A DNA stretch of 46,584 bases, the filler included, from Jimgerdemannia flammicorona (taxonomy: Eukaryota): NCBI GenBank assembly GCA_003990765.1. It is 2 parts of 2 records of this genome, joined end to end, with 100 filler letters (N's around TTAATTAATTAA, not from the genome) between each part and the next. Parts side by side here need not be neighbours in the genome. Positions count along the whole stretch, not along the records: positions 23,343 to 46,584 come from RBNJ01001131.1; 1 more part is not named here. One strand, given 5' to 3'. The position numbers and the translations under genes are program-made. The notes beneath the pieces were generated by a model that saw nothing but the letters and a program-made list of their open reading frames with translations, had not been told where the DNA came from and made no database searches. Positions 23,357 through 34,327 of the stretch are shown one piece after another. Each line of letters begins with the position of its first letter. Positions within the stretch are counted from its first letter, which is position 1.

Positions 23357-26300
23357 CTAATGAAAAACCACTTTGTCTAACATAATCTCTACCCTCTCAC
23401 CACTCTGCTCACAGATCCTTGCCACCAAACCACAACATTGCCCCCCCTGAGGACCCCAACCCACCCACCATCCAGTCAGCAGATCCTTCAACAGCTCCTT
23501 CCATCTTAATATCTTCTCCTGCAGCCCTACCTGCCACCCCTCCTCAAATACAAAAAGCCAATGTCCCACCAATCCCACCCACACTGCTAACACCCACCCC
23601 ACCTACTAGCCAAGATCTCAAGTCCTCCCAGTGGCCCCCCTCACCTGCCAGCCTTTGCTCCACACCTAGTCTATTCCCTATTTCTATCCAAAAGTCCCTC
23701 AAAACCTCACACTCTCCCAACCAATGTTCTGGTATCTGCACAAGACCCCCAGCTTGCCCTATATTATAACACTCCTCACAATCAAAACAGTCACTGTCCA
23801 CCAGATGCCCAGTACAGAAATTCAACATGATATTCCTCTACAGCATTCGCCACCATACTATCCAGAACTTGGGAGGAAGCCACCTCCACACCTCAGCACT
23901 CCAAGACCAGATACCTGCCCAGTCCCACTCCTTGCCGATTCCTGCTGCCTGCTAGCCACTTGGCCAAAGATCCTGGCCAAGACCCTGCTGATACTCCATG
24001 CCATCCCTAATATTAAAAGTAGCAAGTGGAGTACCCCCCAGGAGCAGTCTATCCTATTGCCACATATCAGGCCCCCACATTACCTCCCCCTCATTATCTT
24101 ACCAGCATAGGTCAATTTGGTGTACTCCATCTACCACTCTCTACCAAAAGTCCTTAAACTGCAGCTGCTGATTTCCATTCATCCCTACCAAAGAGAGCAG
24201 ATCTCTGGAGGACCCTCAGGGGGAGGTTCTCATCTCCCACACCTTCTGCAGCAGAGGCACCCAACCCCCTCCCTGCAGTTCAGCAGCTCTCTTCAACTAC
24301 CAGACTCACAAGCAGTGCAATCTCTTAGGGAAATCCACAAGACCAAGACCTCCCCTGACCACCGGTATTGCAAGAGTATCCCAACTGATCTGGGACCTCC
24401 TCTCTGCCCAAATCTAATCCCTAGCTACCTTCATCAGCCTCTTCACCATCCAAGCTGGGAAGTCCTGGTAATAGGTCATGTACCACAGCTTGAGGAACCA
24501 GTATATATTCAGAATTGACACCCACCCTATCAGAGAGATATGGTGGCCTCCCCAACCTTGAAGGGCCTCCTCCCAAATAGTCACTCTGCTCTCTCACCAC
24601 ACTCATGGCAAGGCAGAACCATATACAGAAAGGAAGATGCCCAGATACTGCACCATCTCACCAGTAGAGACAATTGTTCCAATGACATCCCCACCCACTA
24701 GCCCATTCTCTAGCACCATTGTCTCACACTTATACCAGTTGAGCTTTGCCCCAGAGTAAGCCTTATACCATTCCACTGTCTCCTTAAGTGCCTCAACATC
24801 TGCCACAGACCTAAGTTCAACCACTATATCATCAGCAAAGGCCCCCACCTTCCACACTATACTATAAATAGAGAGCCCTGCCATCTTCCAGCAAATCCTA
24901 TCCATCAACAGTAATAATGAAAAGGCATAAAGAATAGAGGACAGAGGGTCCCCCTGAGGAACTCCTCTTCTCAAGGAAAATTCCAGCCCATGGTGACCAT
25001 TACATATCAGTGCTGCTCTACTGCTCTCTAGCAAACTCAACATAGAAGCCTGAAATCTTGGGAGAACACCAATTCAATCCAATACCTTGCCCAGCCAAAC
25101 CCAGCAAACCCAGTCATAGGCCTTCTCCTGGTCCAAAAAGACCAATCTTCCATTCAGTCCACAAGTCTGGGCCCCTTCAATGACACTATACACCCATGCA
25201 GTCCCATCCCTTATAAGTCTGCTCCCAACAAAGCTCTGCTACTCCTCCCCCAGCACCTGTTGGGCAACTTTCTGCAGCCTTGTGATAATCACCTTAGTCA
25301 TCATCTTCCTATCTATATCCAGAAGCATGATCAGTCTCCAATTCTTCCAGTCTTCTCTCCTCCCCTTGTCTTTGTACAATAAAGCCACCAGCCTGAGGTT
25401 CTGCTCTCCAACCCACTCACCACTCAGAAGAACATGGTCACAGAGAGCAGTCATCTCACCCAAAACTCTGGGGACCTTTACCATCTTCTTCCAGAAGTCC
25501 CACAATAATCCATCCTCCCCTGGTGCTGTTCCAAGTTTAGTTGCTGCAAGGACACTCTGGATCTCCTCTCTTTGCACTGGTAAGATCAAGTTACTCAGTC
25601 TGGCTACTTGCGGCAGCCCCCACTCCCCTAGTGTATCTGCAATCGCTGCCTCATCAGTACCCCCTTCTCCCTCACTCTACAAACCCTGCCATCTCTTCTT
25701 TAAAACTCTTAAGATTTGTTGTGTGCTATGTACTATATCCCCATTGGCATCTAGGACCCCATTCCACTGATGTTGCACCCTCCTAGCTTTGAGGAGTCTT
25801 GATAAGTACCTTGAGGGCTGCTCACCCTCCTCAAGCTCCTGCTACCTTAGCCTAGCAGCCATACCTTGCATATGAGTCTCCTCCTCTTCTCTCAACACCT
25901 GTTGCAGTTCCACTATCTCCAATTTTGCTCACTCTATCCTCCAATCCTCCATCCCATCAGAAGTAAGCAAATCCACCCAATTCATTTGCAATCTCCTCAA
26001 CCTGCTGGAAGTACACCCCATGTGCTTCCTCCTCCATCTCCCAGCTTCCCTACCAGCCTCTCTCTAATAGACCCTCACAGCCTCTTTCAATCTCATCCAA
26101 TGGACACCCACAGATAAACTCTCATGCCTCCAGATAAAAACCTTCACCTAAATGTCCTCCACCCATAAGTCCCACAACCCCTTCTCAGCCAGCAGGGAGG
26201 AGTTAAGATGCCAATGTCCAGGTCCATCTCCACTCCCCCCAAACTGCCCCTGCCCCAATAGTCCCTAGTGATCAGACCATGGGCACCACTCCATCTCCAA

Positions 26301-26947
26301 CACCTTCCAAACATCTGAACCCCAGTACTCTGCCATCAGAATTCAGTTAATCCTTGTACCCAAGCCATTCACCCAATGTATGTAGACCCTGTTATTGCTC
26401 CACTGTGTTCTGCTCATATCTCCTAAGGAGCTCAACTTCTCCACCTCCTCCCATATATCCAGACCTCCACTTCTCCCCCCTGCACTCCTCCCTCCATCAG
26501 TTCTATCTAACTGCTGATCCCAAACCATATTAAAGTCCCCACCAAGAACATCGACCCCTTTCTCCAAGAGAATACCCTCCTCCAGCAGCTCCTTAATCCA
26601 TGCAGTTCTCTCACTTCTAACTGTGGGGCAGTAGCAAGAGCCAACCTTCACTGACTCCCACCCTGGCCAATGCCAATCTCCCCAGACCAAGTGATCACCC
26701 CAGCTCCTGATTCCCCCCAAGTCTCCTCTACTCTTCCTCACCAGAATCGCCACTTTTCCAAACCAAGCAATAGCCCCACCCATTCCCTAGTCCACTCCAC
26801 CTGATTGTTCTCATCTTCACACCAAACATCCTATAGTAAAAAGAGATCAGCCTCTATTCTCTTGAGCCAAGTAAAAATGTTCTTATGCTGCCCAGATCCC
26901 CTTAACCCATTCACATTCAAAGAGAAAATATTGGTTGTACTGTTCAT
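23357..26947 (-). pseudogene. LINE-a ORF2 (APE endonuclease, RT, C-terminal Cys/His motif)
   Basis: IFSLNVNGL, LGGDFN, RGVPQGDPLS, FADD, CFDCEEC...EHWLGEC. Confidence 0.9.
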
Positions 26948-26978
26948 AAGAAATAATGATATATCATGATTCCATCCT

Positions 26979-29007
26979 CTACAAGTCTATACTTAGCTCC
27001 TCCTGCACCAAGTCCAAGTTATGTTCAGTAGCTAGTTTCTTTTCTCTAGCTTCCCATACCTCCAACCTTCCCAGAAGTTCTACTATTGCCCCATCTTCTT
27101 GCTTCTCAAAGTCCTCATGATACTCCAGACAGGCCTCCCACCAGAGCTACAAACCATGACACTCTGCCCAACAGTATACCACCTGCTCACTAGCAACCAC
27201 CACCAGCTCAGCCTTCCTCACCTCATCAACCTCATATCTCTCCTTCTCTAGGAAAATTGAAAGAATCTCCACCTTCAGTACCTCCACCACTCCATTGCTA
27301 TGTAGAATCCATGTCCAATGCTCCTCAGGCATTACCTGCAGGTCCACTTCTCCCAATGCCTCAGCCCTAAGGTTATCCATCACCTTGCTCATTTACAGCA
27401 AGTTCCCCACCTCCTTCTCTCTCGGAGTCCCTGGCTGTCCTGCATCCAACATTGTGGTGTCAGCTCCTACACTGGTAGCCTCATCCCACTCCTCCTCAGG
27501 GACATCCACCAGCTCATCCTCACCAACCGCCACCACCTGGCCCCCTTTTGCCACATCAGGGACCCCAAAGTACACTCACTGGGCTCCCTATATCAGTACA
27601 TCCTCTGTTGTCCTCCTCTTCCCAGCCGGGCCTCTTCTGATAAGAGGGGGGGGGGGTGGTATCCAATTCCTGCTCTCAGACCTCAAAAGTGCTGTCAGTA
27701 TAGGGGTTCTTGCTCAGCACCTTCCCAGCTCCTTCCTTGCCTGCCTCCATCTCCCCTTCTCCTTTACTAGTCCAGACACTGGCTTCAATGCTCTCAGATA
27801 CCTCAGCCCCATCTGCCTTCTTCTTTGCCTCTACTGTCATACTCGCCAATAGCTCTCTCTGTCTCCTGCACCCCTGTGCCTACTCCCACTGCCTCTTGTC
27901 CATGTGGATATGCTTCTCCTCCATAATCTTCAAATGTGTCATCTCTTCAAAGAGCTTTCAGGCCTTTGCCCTTCATTCTACTGTACCACTCAACTCCTCC
28001 AGCATTTCCAACAAGTCCTCCTCCTCCTCTTCACTCCCCTTTACCCTTGACACCCTACAGACAACAGCCCCCAACATCAGCACTGAAGGCCAGTCATTTG
28101 TCTTTCCAGTGGCCTCCCTCCCTGCCAGTCTAATTCTGATATCCACATTATCTGTCCTGATTGCTGTCCCCTCCCACACCCGGAAGCCAATATCTACCAT
28201 ATCACTATACTCTGCCACTACCTCCTCTACCCTCCTCCTAGTCTCAACCTTTGACACCATAGGCACCCCTTTGACTAGCAGCTGTATCACCCTGGGGTCC
28301 CACCTAAGGCAGTACACCATAGAGACCACTACTTCACCAACCACCACTCTAGTCTTCATTGCCTCATCCAGTGGGCCTGCCTCCTCAAAGCCCACCTCCA
28401 CCCCCTCCAGCCCCTTCAGGAACTTCACCAAGGCTGCTCCAGCCACCTGCTGTGAGATAAGCCCCAGGACCATCCTAGCTATCACTGCCAAGCTCTGAAA
28501 GCACAAGATAGCCACAAACTCCAAAACTGACTTCTTGAGTAATGGTGCCACCATTAGCCCCATCACACCATCAGCCAGGTCTCCCTTCCAAATCGGTAGC
28601 CCCAGCCCCACTCTGCCATCAGCCATTACATCTCTTTTTTTCTCCTGATTCTCCATCATACTGCCATCAGCAGTCCTACCCTCAGCCACAATACCTCCAG
28701 ACCCTATGCTCATACCCCCAGCCTGAGAACCTCCCCCTCTTCCAAAGCTTGCCTTGCCCTTCCCCACAGCAGCACCAGCCCTGTTTTCAGCCAGCCATCC
28801 ACTCTTCTTCACCTTGTCAGCAAAGCTTGAGGGGCCAGTCCTTTCTCTATTACCACCCAATACTGGTCCTTCTCCAGAGCTCTCACCATCCTTCGACCCT
28901 CCAAAGGCCCCCATTCCTAGGCCATAACTCCTCCCCACATTCTGCCAGCTAAAAGCCCCAGATCCCCCCAACTCAGTACATCTGTCAGAGCTCTTGCTTG
29001 ATGACAT
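26979..29007 (-). pseudogene. LINE-a ORF1
   Basis: Track ORFs 27973-29100, 27393-27575 and 27147-27392 align with LINE-b ORF1. Confidence 0.82.
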
Positions 29008-29094
29008 TTTGATAGTACCTTTTCTCCTAGTTGTGTCGAAAACCATTGCTTGAAGTTTTGTGTAACATGAATTGTACAGGAGAAAGGTGAAAGT

Positions 29095-30133
29095 ATACAA
29101 TCAAGGACACCTAGGAGGAACCAATATATATGACAAGGTAAGAAGAACCATATGATGGCTCAAGATGGAAGAAGACCTATACCAATTTGTCAAAGGGTGT
29201 GATAAGTGCTAAAAACAAAAATAAGATCAGTAAAACCAGACACCCAGATCATCAAAAATTGAGCCTATCTCCTTACACCACATTGTAATGGATATCATTA
29301 GACCACTACCAGTAACACTATCAGAAAACTGCTATATTATAGTTATTGTAAACCTCTTTACCAAATGGATAGAAGCAGGAGTATTACAAGAAGCCAATAT
29401 CCTCTCTATAGCTGACTTCTTGTACTGAGAAATCATCTGCTGCTGTAAGATACCAAGGCAAATTACTACAGACCACAGCACAGAATTTGTCAATAGATTC
29501 TATGAGATAATGTATCAGAAATATAAGATTCAACACATCAAGACCACCATGTATCACTCTTAAGGAAATGGACAGATAGAAAGAACCAATAAGACCCTCA
29601 AGAACATCCTGGTGAAGATCTCAGAGACATATGAGAATTGGAATAACTACCTCTGTTCTACAAGATATATGGTCACAGAGTATACACTTTATCCCAAGAG
29701 AACTGCTCTTCAGAGAAGAAGATTTTGATGGAATCTTAGCTACAAATCTAGATCTAACTTGGAGACAGATTGATGCAAAAATCCAGAGGCTATACTAAAT
29801 CAGGAAGAAGGCTAAAGATTATATCATCAAGTTACAAGTACTGACAAGGAAGAATGTGGAAAAGAATTACAAGACCCTAGAACCCATCCAAATTGGAGAA
29901 AAGGTCCTACTGTATCAAAATATGATAGAAGCCTCATAGTCATAAAAACTGGAGTTCAAATGGGAAGGACCCTTCTATGTGTAAGATATCAAGACTATCT
30001 TCTGGCTTAGAAAAATCTCAGGGACCATACTGCCTACTATGGTACATAGGAACAGACTCAAGAAGTACCATGAACCTATATAAGAGAAGCAAAATGTGAT
30101 GACCACTCATGAGGTTCTAGTCTGCAAATCATA
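29095..30133 (+). pseudogene. Ty3/Gypsy integrase of element E (no chromodomain seen), heavily mutated
   Basis: GHLGGTNIYDKV...FVKGCDKC zinc domain, MDIIRPLP...LFTKWIEA core, GNGQIERTNKTLK, KWEGPF, VHRNRLKKY. Confidence 0.88.
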
Positions 30134-30447
30134 ACAGTATGTCTCATAACCAGCAGGCTATCTGTCTGGACTATTCTCTAAGGGATATGATATCAACAAC
30201 TACTCATCTATGAGACTTTCAAAGCCAGAGGAGTTCAAACCATCAACTGATTGGTCAAGATCTGAATCAGGCCCTTGCTCTATATGAAGAAAGTGACTCT
30301 TCACCATTACACCAAAATATATAGAGAAGATGCCAGCCCATAAATACTACTTTTTGACCTCTTGTCAGAGGTTATGGGATTAGCAAATTTTTCAAAACTG
30401 GACCAATGAATAAGGATGCTCAAGAAGATCCTTATTTAGGAAGAAGA

Positions 30448-32018
30448 TGTAACAGTAACTTCAGAATGATAACATCAGCACAGGAGACAGTCTTTCCTTA
30501 TAAGCCACCAGATCAGAGTACAAGAAGATCATATAGCATAAAAGATGAGCAATGATGACCAACTATGAGTCATTGTGACCACAGTATGGGTATCTTGAGG
30601 AATATAAAAGAAGGATCAAGAAACTACAGTAGCAGTAACCAACAAGACCCACTAATCTCAAAATAGCTCAAAGACTTACTACAAACAAAATACCTGCTGC
30701 TTGCTAAACCTCAAGGTCAAGGAACCACCAAGATACCTCAGTCAAAGAAAGAATGTTCCAAGACATCAGAAGAGCCATAAGGACCTGCTCAAGAAGGACT
30801 CCTAGTATCAACCTAGATACTGGTGACCCTTATCATTATATCCTCTACCACTATAAAATGGAAACAAGGATCACCATTGCTACTAAATACCTCTAAATGT
30901 GGCAGGAGTACAAAATAAGAAATCTTCTCTGCCAGGAGTTCCTATAGGCCAGCCCTCAAGAGTTACAAAATGCCACTCTTATGAATATATGTGAGACAAG
31001 GATAGCTAAGAAGATTCACCAGATCTTCAGGCATGCACTATGGACAATTTCCAACTTGGAGTATGTTAGAGTCTCAGACTTCAGAGACCTATCAGCCCAC
31101 TATATCAATGCACTAGAAGCCAGGGTGGCTATAGAAGCCCAGTCCACTATCACCCTCAATAGTGATGAAGTAGAAGACTTCTGGCATCTCATTCTTCAGA
31201 ACAACCCAGACCAATTCCTACAAGGATTGATCTCAGTATTCTAAGATCCAAGCATCTAGGTTAGACCTCCCCAAGACCCCACATTTGTCCCCTATTTTAT
31301 AGAAGAGAATCTCATAGACTGGAGAGCTCCAGACCTCCTTGTTCCTGATTTCTCTGCCAAACATGATGACATTATTGGTGATGACATCATCCTGTATGAC
31401 ATACATAAAATACACGATCCATGTGATGAGATAGATGAGATGTTTACAGATCTTATCTCCTTCAAAGACATCCTGACCTCTGATGAGAATGAAGCACCTA
31501 TAGTCTTGAACATTCTGCTCTAAGTCTCTTGATTATACTGAATAATATCAGCACTATTTTTCTATATAACAGCTATTCCACTACCAGTATTCTGAGGTGA
31601 CTCAGAATTATTCCAGCACCATTTTCCTATATTACTGAAATTATATCAGTATCTTGAACCTGTGTAACCATCAGTGCCAATGCTGGAACTTAGCAGTTTT
31701 CTATATTCTGGCATTTTATTTTAGTTATTAGAATTTATATTTAGCTTTATATCTTAGCAACTATTGAATTATAGTTTATATAAATACCCCTCTTATTTCC
31801 TCTGAAATAAAGTCAGTCTACTCAATATAATATACACAATCCCTTATAAGCAATCTAAGAGATAACATGATAGTTTAAAGATAAGAAGTTTGAGAATTAT
31901 AAGACCTTGAGATGATACTCCAATAAGAACTTACTTATAACAAACTTAAGTTAGTCTAAGAGATATACCTTGAAGAGAATCTGATATATTTGAAGGACTT
32001 AGCAACTACTATGTGACA
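30448..32018 (+). repeat. Probable 3' LTR of element E (~1.57 kb)
   Basis: Purine run AGGAAGAAGA (30438-30447) followed by TGTAAC; ends GTGACA. Internal TATAAATACCCC (31779) and AATAAA (31806). No second copy in the window to confirm the boundaries. Confidence 0.55.
30663..31523 (+). pseudogene. Element E accessory ORF (~286 aa reconstructed), unknown function
   Basis: One frame with no frameshift, broken only by TAA/TAG codons explicable as CAA/CAG transitions. In-frame ATGs at 30753, 30858 and 30981. The start at 30663 (ATA) is inferred to be a mutated ATG. Confidence 0.6.
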
Positions 32019-32266
32019 ATATATAAGTTATTAATATCTATAGTAGAGTTCTCTGAGCTTTAGCAAGCTTCTCAGTAAGTATAGTTCTAGTATAAGTAAC
32101 TGATTTTTAGGTAGAATCAGATTAGAAGAGAAGATGACTATTATAGATAAGAGGAAGGGTAATAATAATAAATCAGTCAGTGTGGACCTTTCTCTGGTAA
32201 CATTCAGGTTACATAATCTTTTGGCAATACTTTTGACACAGTTTCTGGAGAAAAGCTACTAGTATC

Positions 32267-34297
32267 ATGGCGACCAATGAGCATCCAGAGGTGCATACTA
32301 GGCAGAGTGGCCCTGGAGCGTTTGAATGGCAGCAAGTGGAGAGAGGCCCCAGCTTGGGGAGAAGTATGAGGGGCCTGCTGGCAGGAGGCCATGGTGGAGG
32401 AGGGGGCGGAGCTGGAGGTCAAGGGTCTGGCAGGGTGAGCTTTATGGAGAAGGTGAAGGGGGGTCGGCAGAGAGCTGGACTGGAGAGCTGGCTGAGAGGG
32501 GGGAAGGTACCGGTAAAGGTTATCAGGCAGCAACCTCTTGGGGGTACCTCTCTGGAGGGTCATAGGGGTGGGGCTGGGGGGGTAGCAGCTGGGGCAGAGA
32601 CTGCTGATGGGGGTGTGATGGGCAATCTGGAAAAAAATCTAGATGGGACTACTGATGGTGAGCCAAGCAGTGGGAAGGGCATGAGGCCTGGGGACCTGGT
32701 GGATGGTGTAACAGGACTGGCAGTGGCTCTATTACTCAAGAAGTCGATCTCAGTGTTCGCAGTCATGCTGTGCTTCCGGGGCTTAGCAGTGATGGTGAAA
32801 ATAGTATTGGGGCTTATTACTAAGCAGGTGGCAGGCGTGGCTTTGGTGAAGTTTCTGAAGGGACTGGAGGGGGTGGAGGTGAGTTTTGAGGAGATTGAAC
32901 TGCTGGAGGAGGTACTGAAGGTTGGGTTGGTGGTTGGGGAGGTGTGTGTTCTGATGGCAAGGTGTTTGAAATGGGATCCGAGGGTGGTCCAACTGCTGGT
33001 GAAAGGAGTATCTACGGTGATGGTGATGGAGATGAGAAAGAGAGTGGAGGATGTCATGGCAGAGTATAGAGAGGTAGTAGATATCGGATTCAGGGTCTGA
33101 GAAGGGACCATGCTCAGGACTGGGGATGTGGATATAAGGATTCAGCTAGCTGGGAAAGAGGCTACTGGGAAGATGAGGGACTGGCCTTTGGGGATGGTTT
33201 GGGGAGCATTCCTGTGCAAGGTGACATGGGTGAAAGGAAGTGAAGAAGAGGAGGAAAATTTATTAGAAGTGCTGGAGGAGCTGGATGGGGCTGTGGAATG
33301 GCAAGCTAAGGCCTGGAAGACTTTCGAGGAGTCAACACACCTGGAGGTGGTGGATGGAAAGAGGATTCGAGTGGACAAGATGCAGTGGGAAAGGACTCAG
33401 AGGCAGAAGAGGCAGAAGGATCTGCTGGCTAAACTGGGGGGTGGACCACAGAAGGATGCAAGCATGAAGACGGGTACAGAAGGGGCCAGAGCGAGTGTCT
33501 GGGCTGGTGAGAGGAGTGGGAATGATGGGGCAAAGACAGGGAAGGCAAAAGAGGTGAAGATTAGCAATCCATATACTGATGGCACCTTGGAGGTTTGGGA
33601 TGAAGTCTGGGAGAACTCCCCCACCCCTTCCCCTCTTATCAGGTATGGCCCGGCTTCCAGGAACAAGTCTGGGGAGGATGTGACGATGCTGGGGACCCAG
33701 CAGGTAAAATTCAGTATTCCAGAGGTAATGGATGGGGACCAAGTAGTGGCGGCCGGGGAGGAGGAACTGGTGGATGTCCTGGAGGTGTGGGATGAGGATG
33801 CAAGTACTGGAGCTAACACCATGATGATAGACAGAGGGAGGCCGGTGACCCCTGGTGGGAAGGAGGTGGGAAACCTACTTTGGGTGTGCCAGATGATGAA
33901 TAACCTGGCAGCAGAAGAGCTGGGGGAGGTGGACTTGTGTGGGATGGGTGACGAGCACTGGGCAAGAATTTTGCAGGGGGAAGAAGTGGTGATGACACTG
34001 AAGGTGGAAATTCTTGTGGTGTATCTGGAGGAGGAAGGGTATGAGGTGGACAAGGAGAGGGAGGTAGAGTTGGCAGTTGTCACTGGAGAGAAGGCTGAGT
34101 ACTGTTGGAACAGGTGTCATGGGTTGCAGCTTTGGCAGGAGGCTTGCATCGAGTACAGAGAGGAGTTTGAGGAGAAGGCTGATGAGGAGATGAATGAGCT
34201 GTTGGCTGGACTGGAAGCTCAGATGGCTGAAGAGGAGGCGGTGATGGCTGAATATAATCTGGACATGGCATAGGAGGAGATGGGCATGGAGCAGTAG
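32267..34297 (+). pseudogene. LINE-b ORF1 (~676 codons, two premature stops)
   Basis: Track ORFs 32267-33100 and 33110-34273 are in frame; the end aligns with the LINE-a ORF1 stop. Confidence 0.85.
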
Positions 34298-34327
34298 GGA
34301 TTGATTGAGACCAAACAATATTTCATT

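Larger units (their letters stand above)
23227..29090 (-). mobile_element. L1/Tx1-like non-LTR retrotransposon (LINE-a), near full length, degenerate
   Basis: ORF1 and ORF2 homologous to 32181-38064. The 5' UTR resembles 32186-32266. Poly(T) at 23227-23242 is the probable tail, across the gap. Confidence 0.88.

Noticed and set aside
27295..28952. Long Ser/Pro/Leu-rich ORFs opposite LINE ORFs (also 33332-34521 and others)
   Set aside because: Antisense shadows of G-rich LINE coding strands.
30139..30437. Possible small ORF between the element E integrase and the PPT
   Set aside because: Several stops, no recognisable motif and no second copy for comparison; it cannot be supported.
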